Part shown: positions 34,153-38,461 of the stretch, one piece after another
Layout: every line of letters starts with the position of its first letter
How positions within the stretch are numbered: position 1 is the stretch's first letter
Source of the DNA: Thelocarpon superellum
Taxonomy: Eukaryota
Assembly: GCA_026025795.1 (NCBI GenBank)
Contig: JAPEUG010000135.1
Coordinates: 1 to 38,461, forward strand
Direction: 5' to 3'
Length of the DNA: 38,461 bases
Made by a program: the position numbers and the translations under genes
Notes under the pieces: model-generated
Databases searched by the model: none
What the model was told of the DNA's origin: nothing
Seen by the model: only the letters and a program-made list of their open reading frames with translations

Positions 34153-35203
34153 TCAGGCAATCTCGCCGACGACTCCACGGAGCATCTCCGGCAGCAGCAC
34201 GGCCGCGTCACCCTGGAAGAACCAGTCGGTTCGCTTCAGTCCGCCATTGGTCTTGGGCAGATCGTTGGGGTCCATGTTGACGACCGCGACGCGGGCGCCC
34301 TTGGCGCGTGCCTCGTCGATGTAGCTCGCGGCGGGATAGACGCGCGAGCTGGTGCCAATGACTAGGATCAGGTCGATGCGTGGTGCCGCTCTGATCCAGG
34401 CGTCGATGGCGTCGATGGTGTTCTCGGGAAGCGCCTCGCCGAACCAGACCACGCCTGGTCGGAGGAGCCCCGTGTGGCATTCTGGACAACGCGGGAGCAG
34501 CTCGGTGGGGACGTCGGCCATGGGGATGTCGTGGTCCGAGAGGTCGACTTCCTGGCTGGCGCCGGCGTTGGCGTGCGACGAGGACGGGGCCGTGGGGATG
34601 GCCAGGGCGGGGACGATGGGATCGGTGAAATTGTCATGCTCCGTGTAGGAGCAGTAGAAGGAGGTGCATTTCACGTCGAACAGCGAGCCATGCAGAAGAT
34701 GCAGCGTCGACGATGGATGGCCCGCGCGTTGCGACAGCCCTGCCTCAAGAGCTTCAGTTCATGACTGCATCTGTGAGGACCGTTACGCCGAGGAGACAAC
34801 ATCACGATGAATCGCACGGCGTACCATCGACGTTCTGCGTCAGAGTTACAAAGTTGGGATTGCTCTTGGCCAGCGCCGCCAGTGCCCGGTGAGCACGGTT
34901 GGGCCGGGCGGTCAGGGCCATATGTCGTCGATAGTTGTAGAATTGCCAGACCAGGGCCGGATTGGCACTGAAGGCTTCGGGCGTGGCCAAGGACATGGCA
35001 TCGTGCCGGCGCCACAGCCCGCCGGCCCCACGAAACGTAGGTAGGCCCGACCCCGCGGACAGGCCCGCACCTAGCAGGGCCAAGATGCGATCGCAGGATG
35101 CGAGGTAAGTGGCAAAAGACTCCACGTCTCCAGCGAGCACCGGGCCGCCCCGGGTGGCGGCCGACGCGGCCGAGGCGGATCTGGACGTGGACACGGGCGC
35201 CAT
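34153..35203 (-). CDS. Class III sirtuin (SIRT5/CobB-like NAD-dependent deacylase, likely desuccinylase; 321 aa); exons 35203-34825, 34739-34153
   Basis: GAGLSAGSGLPTFRG, WQFYNYRR (Tyr/Arg pair of class III), TQNVDGLSQRA via intron 34824-34740, LHGSL, Zn CxxxxC..CxxC, RPGVVWFGE, GTSSRVYPAA. Confidence 0.92.
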
Positions 35204-35636
35204 GATCGGCAGAAGGCGCTGGAAGGAGGAGAGGGAAGATGGTGGAGCAAGCTTGGGCAGACCAAGCTTGCACTCATCGTCCTGAACGCTGCCGAAATCA
35301 GGCAGCGCCCGCACCGTGGCGCACCGCACCATACCACACCCCTCGTCACACTGGACTCACGCTTAACGTATACTATGAGCGGAGGGCAATCGACGTCCAG
35401 TCATCGCACTTTGTACTACGCTCCACAAGTCAGCGGACGAGCAGTGGTACTCGTACTCGAAGATCCATGCATGCAGGTCAGGTAGGTGGGCATGCTCGTC
35501 CCCGCCGGACACGCTGCTCGCATGGGCCCGCGTCGGAACGGCACCCGTTGCTGCAGCAAGAACATGAGCATCGGCGCGGCAGACTTCGGGTCGGTCTGTG
35601 CACGCGAAACAAACAGCAGAGCTGCCGTAGTCGGCC

Positions 35637-35684
35637 GGGAGAGCTTCTCGGAGAGCTTCTCGGGGAGCTTACCGGAGAGCTTAA
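35637..35684. repeat. 12-bp minisatellite x4 (CGGAGAGCTTMY-like) in the sirtuin/Dbf4 divergent promoter
   Basis: gggagagcttct/cggagagcttct/cggggagcttac/cggagagcttaa. Confidence 0.85.
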
Positions 35685-36277
35685 CTGGAAGCGCTGCAGC
35701 TGCTCTTACGAGTATTCTTGAACAACGAGTAACTTATGACAGACGGCCCAGCAGGACGTGTATTTGGACAAAGACTCGCACAACCATGTGCAGCTCGGGT
35801 GAGGGGCAACTCACGACACGCAGTTACCTGTAGCGACGCCGCTCGCCTCCCCCGGTTGGTGGGTCGGTAGTCGGCCATAACAGAGCCAAACGGGTCTTGG
35901 CACTCGCGCACCCAATCCACGTCTCCCTCCGTCTCTCTCGTTCCCCGTATTTTGTATCTTCCGCCCGTGTCTCTTCTGTGTACCGGGCACCTTGTACTCG
36001 CGACCCAGATTGTGCCGTCGAGGTACCTCCAACCTGTCAAGTCACAACAACCCATCCCCTCCTCAGTCTGAGGGACCACTTCCCTCGCCCTCTCCTCGCG
36101 GTACACCCTCCCCTTTCCTCCGCTCCACTGCTCGAAGCAATTGGTTCCGCTCGTTCTCTCGTTGTGCCCTTGCATTCATGGCGTTCTATTCGCTTTAATC
36201 CTCTCATCCGATACCCGTCGCGTGAGCTCTCTGCACGCTTCCCCCCCTCCACCGCGTGGCCGCGGTCCCCCCAACAC

Positions 36278-38404
36278 ATGGCCGCGGTGTCCATACCTCC
36301 ATCGCCACATGCTGTGCCGGCCATGTCCAGTCGACGCCAGCCGTTGAGTACCATCCCTAATGCCACCAATTCCCCCTACCGCGCCGTCGCCGCCGCCGCG
36401 TCAAAGCGGTCACGCTCCCACAGCAGCCTCCAACGCGACATTCCATATGGCCAGCAGCCCCCCGCCAAGAAACACATCCTCGACGGGGATCCCGCCAATC
36501 CACGAACGCCGCCGCGGCAACAGGCCAGTCTTCGTCTGGAGGATCGTGCCTTACAGCAGCGGAAGCCAGGCCAGCCCTCGGTGACGGCCTTTGAGCGGAA
36601 GCTCGTCGCCGCCCGAGACCGACAGGAGCGTCCGAAGCAGATCAAGCCTCAGCTCGCCGGAGCTGAGGGCCTCGAGACGGTGCGAGCATGGCAGAAGCAC
36701 TACCGTCGCGTGTTCCCTACCTTTGTCCTCTACTTTGAAGGCATCCCGGATGATGTCCGGGTCAAGCTGTCCAAGCAGATTGCCGTCCTCGGCGCGGTGA
36801 GTCGTCGGGCCCTCACATCCTTCTCGCTCTATCCCCCACTGACACGCTTGGCGCATGCAGAGAGAGGAGATGTTCTTCTCCAAGGATGTTACCCACGTCA
36901 TCACCGCTCGGTCGATCCCACCTGAGGTCGACAGTGCCGTCTCCACCGACGCCGCCGTGTCGTCCACGTCGTCCGGCATGCCCGTCCAGGTGGCCGACCT
37001 ACAGACCATCAACCCGTCACTGCTTGAGCGCCCCTCGGAGGCCGGGCAATCATACCCGCCATTGGCCAAGACCAAATTTCAGTTTGAGGCTCCGTTGAGG
37101 AAGACTCCCGGAGACGCACGGATTGCCTCGTAAGTCCAGTCGAAGCCATTCACGAACGGACGCATGTGCCGCGCTAACCATCTGGCAGAGGAACGCAAGG
37201 GCCGCATGTCGGTAGCGGTGATGTGCTGGTCAAGGCTCGTGAGATGGGCATGAAGATCTGGGCGCTGGAGAAGCTACAGCGGATGATGGCCACCATGTTC
37301 GACACCAGCATGACCGCTCACGCCGAGCACGGCCACAATACTCGTAGCAACGCCAGCCATGTCGTGGTGGGCGCGACGAAGCCTTCGCTGGACATGGACC
37401 TGACACAGCTCCTGCGGAAGGAGCGCGCCACTGGACCCTCGGATCGCGATCCCACCGTGGCGACGCGGGAGTTGATTCATTTCAAGGGGCCCTACATCTA
37501 CATTCGAGATCTCGATGAGCGGCAGCGGCCGATCATGGTCCGGGACTATCCCAAGGTGGCCCATCGCGAGGAAGGCACGTGGCCACAGTTCCGCAGCGTC
37601 ATGAACGGCAAATGCCCCTTTGTGGAGGAGCCGGCCCACCACCGAGACGGCAACCGGGGTCGAGGCCAAGGCAAGGCCATGCCGCCGAAGCCGGCGCCCA
37701 AAGCCGCGACGACGTCACGCGTGCAAGCCACGGCGCAGTCCGCGGTGAGCAAGGTGCAACGACTGCAGCCGGTGAAGCCGGAGCCCCGCGTCTTGGTGGA
37801 GAATGAGGATAGGATGAACCGCGCGCGGCCGGTGCATGATGCCGCGTCGGCCAGCATGTTCCAGCCGCCGCCCAGGGTGCTTCCAGCCACGCGCGATGGT
37901 GCCGCCCCGCACGACGGCTTCCAACAGCCCCAGCATCAGCGCGTCGGTGACGGCCGTCCGGCGTCGCGCTTCTTTGGGGGAGAGCCCATCGCGTCGGGCC
38001 TGCAACAGTCCAACATCACCTCGGCCATTCGCTCCCAGATGATCTCCTCGACCGCGGCCGCACCCGGCGCCAAGGCCGGGACCAGCAAGGAGGTGTACGA
38101 GCTCAAGCGCAAGGTCCTGGAAAAGAATAGCGTCCCGGCCATGAGCGGCTACAAGACGGCGCAGCTGACGGGACCGGCCAAGAACGAGCGCATCGCGGCC
38201 AACTTCCGCGCGGCCAAGCGCAAGGCGCAGGAGAAGCTGGGCTACATCGACGAGGACTTTACGCCGTCGGAAGAGGAAGAAAACGCGCGGCAAGTGGGCG
38301 CCATCGAGAAGGCCAAGGCGAGTCGGCACCGGATGGTGGCCAAGCGGGAGGCGAAGCCGGGATATTGCGAGAATTGCCGGGATAAGTTTGACGATTTTGA
38401 GGAG
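36278..38404 (+). CDS. nimO: Dbf4/Dfp1/NimO, regulatory subunit of Cdc7 (DDK) kinase; 3' end outside the window; exons 36278-36796, 36861-37129, 37189-38404 (next intron starts 38405)
   Basis: Motif N (WQKHYRRVFP..FYFE..LGA|REEMFFSKDVTHVIT, DVLVKAREMGMKIWALEKL), motif M (FKGPYIYIRD..RPIMVRDY..WPQFRS..GKCPF), motif C Zn finger start (KPGYCENCRDKFDDFEE). Confidence 0.93.
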
Positions 38405-38461
38405 GTGAGCCGCGCCCCGGTGGCCCATGGCAGCCGCATCACGGGGGATCGCATGCTGATA

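Noticed and set aside
1..38461. CRISPR arrays, transposons, tRNA/rRNA, stop-codon readthrough PTS1 signals
   Set aside because: No repeat-spacer arrays, transposase or RT motifs, tRNA boxes, or TGA-CTA readthrough contexts were seen at the stops examined.

Overview
GC-rich, intron-containing eukaryotic DNA from a filamentous ascomycete (Pezizomycotina-type GT..CTRAC..YAG introns; species not determinable). Manual splicing yields 14 protein-coding genes: a small secreted Cys-rich orphan, a Rad5/Uls1-like SNF2 ATPase, a small probable mitochondrial protein, FMP52, sulfite reductase flavoprotein (MET10), a Tco89-like TORC1 subunit, PAN2, PEP carboxykinase (PCK1/acuF), Icp55 aminopeptidase, a secreted SRPBCC/Bet v1-like protein, an FMN-binding split-barrel protein, a PDR/ABC-G transporter, a class III sirtuin and a 3'-truncated Dbf4/NimO. 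I found no transposon, CRISPR, rRNA or tRNA. The most interesting unexplained signal is the 327-nt third intron of PEPCK (the other 27 complete CDS introns are 44-123 nt). It is tiled by nested inverted repeats and hides an in-frame alternative acceptor, making it a candidate structured regulatory intron. Other leads are retention-sensitive micro terminal exons, paired CYS-3/MetR-like sites upstream of sulfite reductase, 12-bp minisatellites in two divergent promoters, short uORFs and two secreted orphans.
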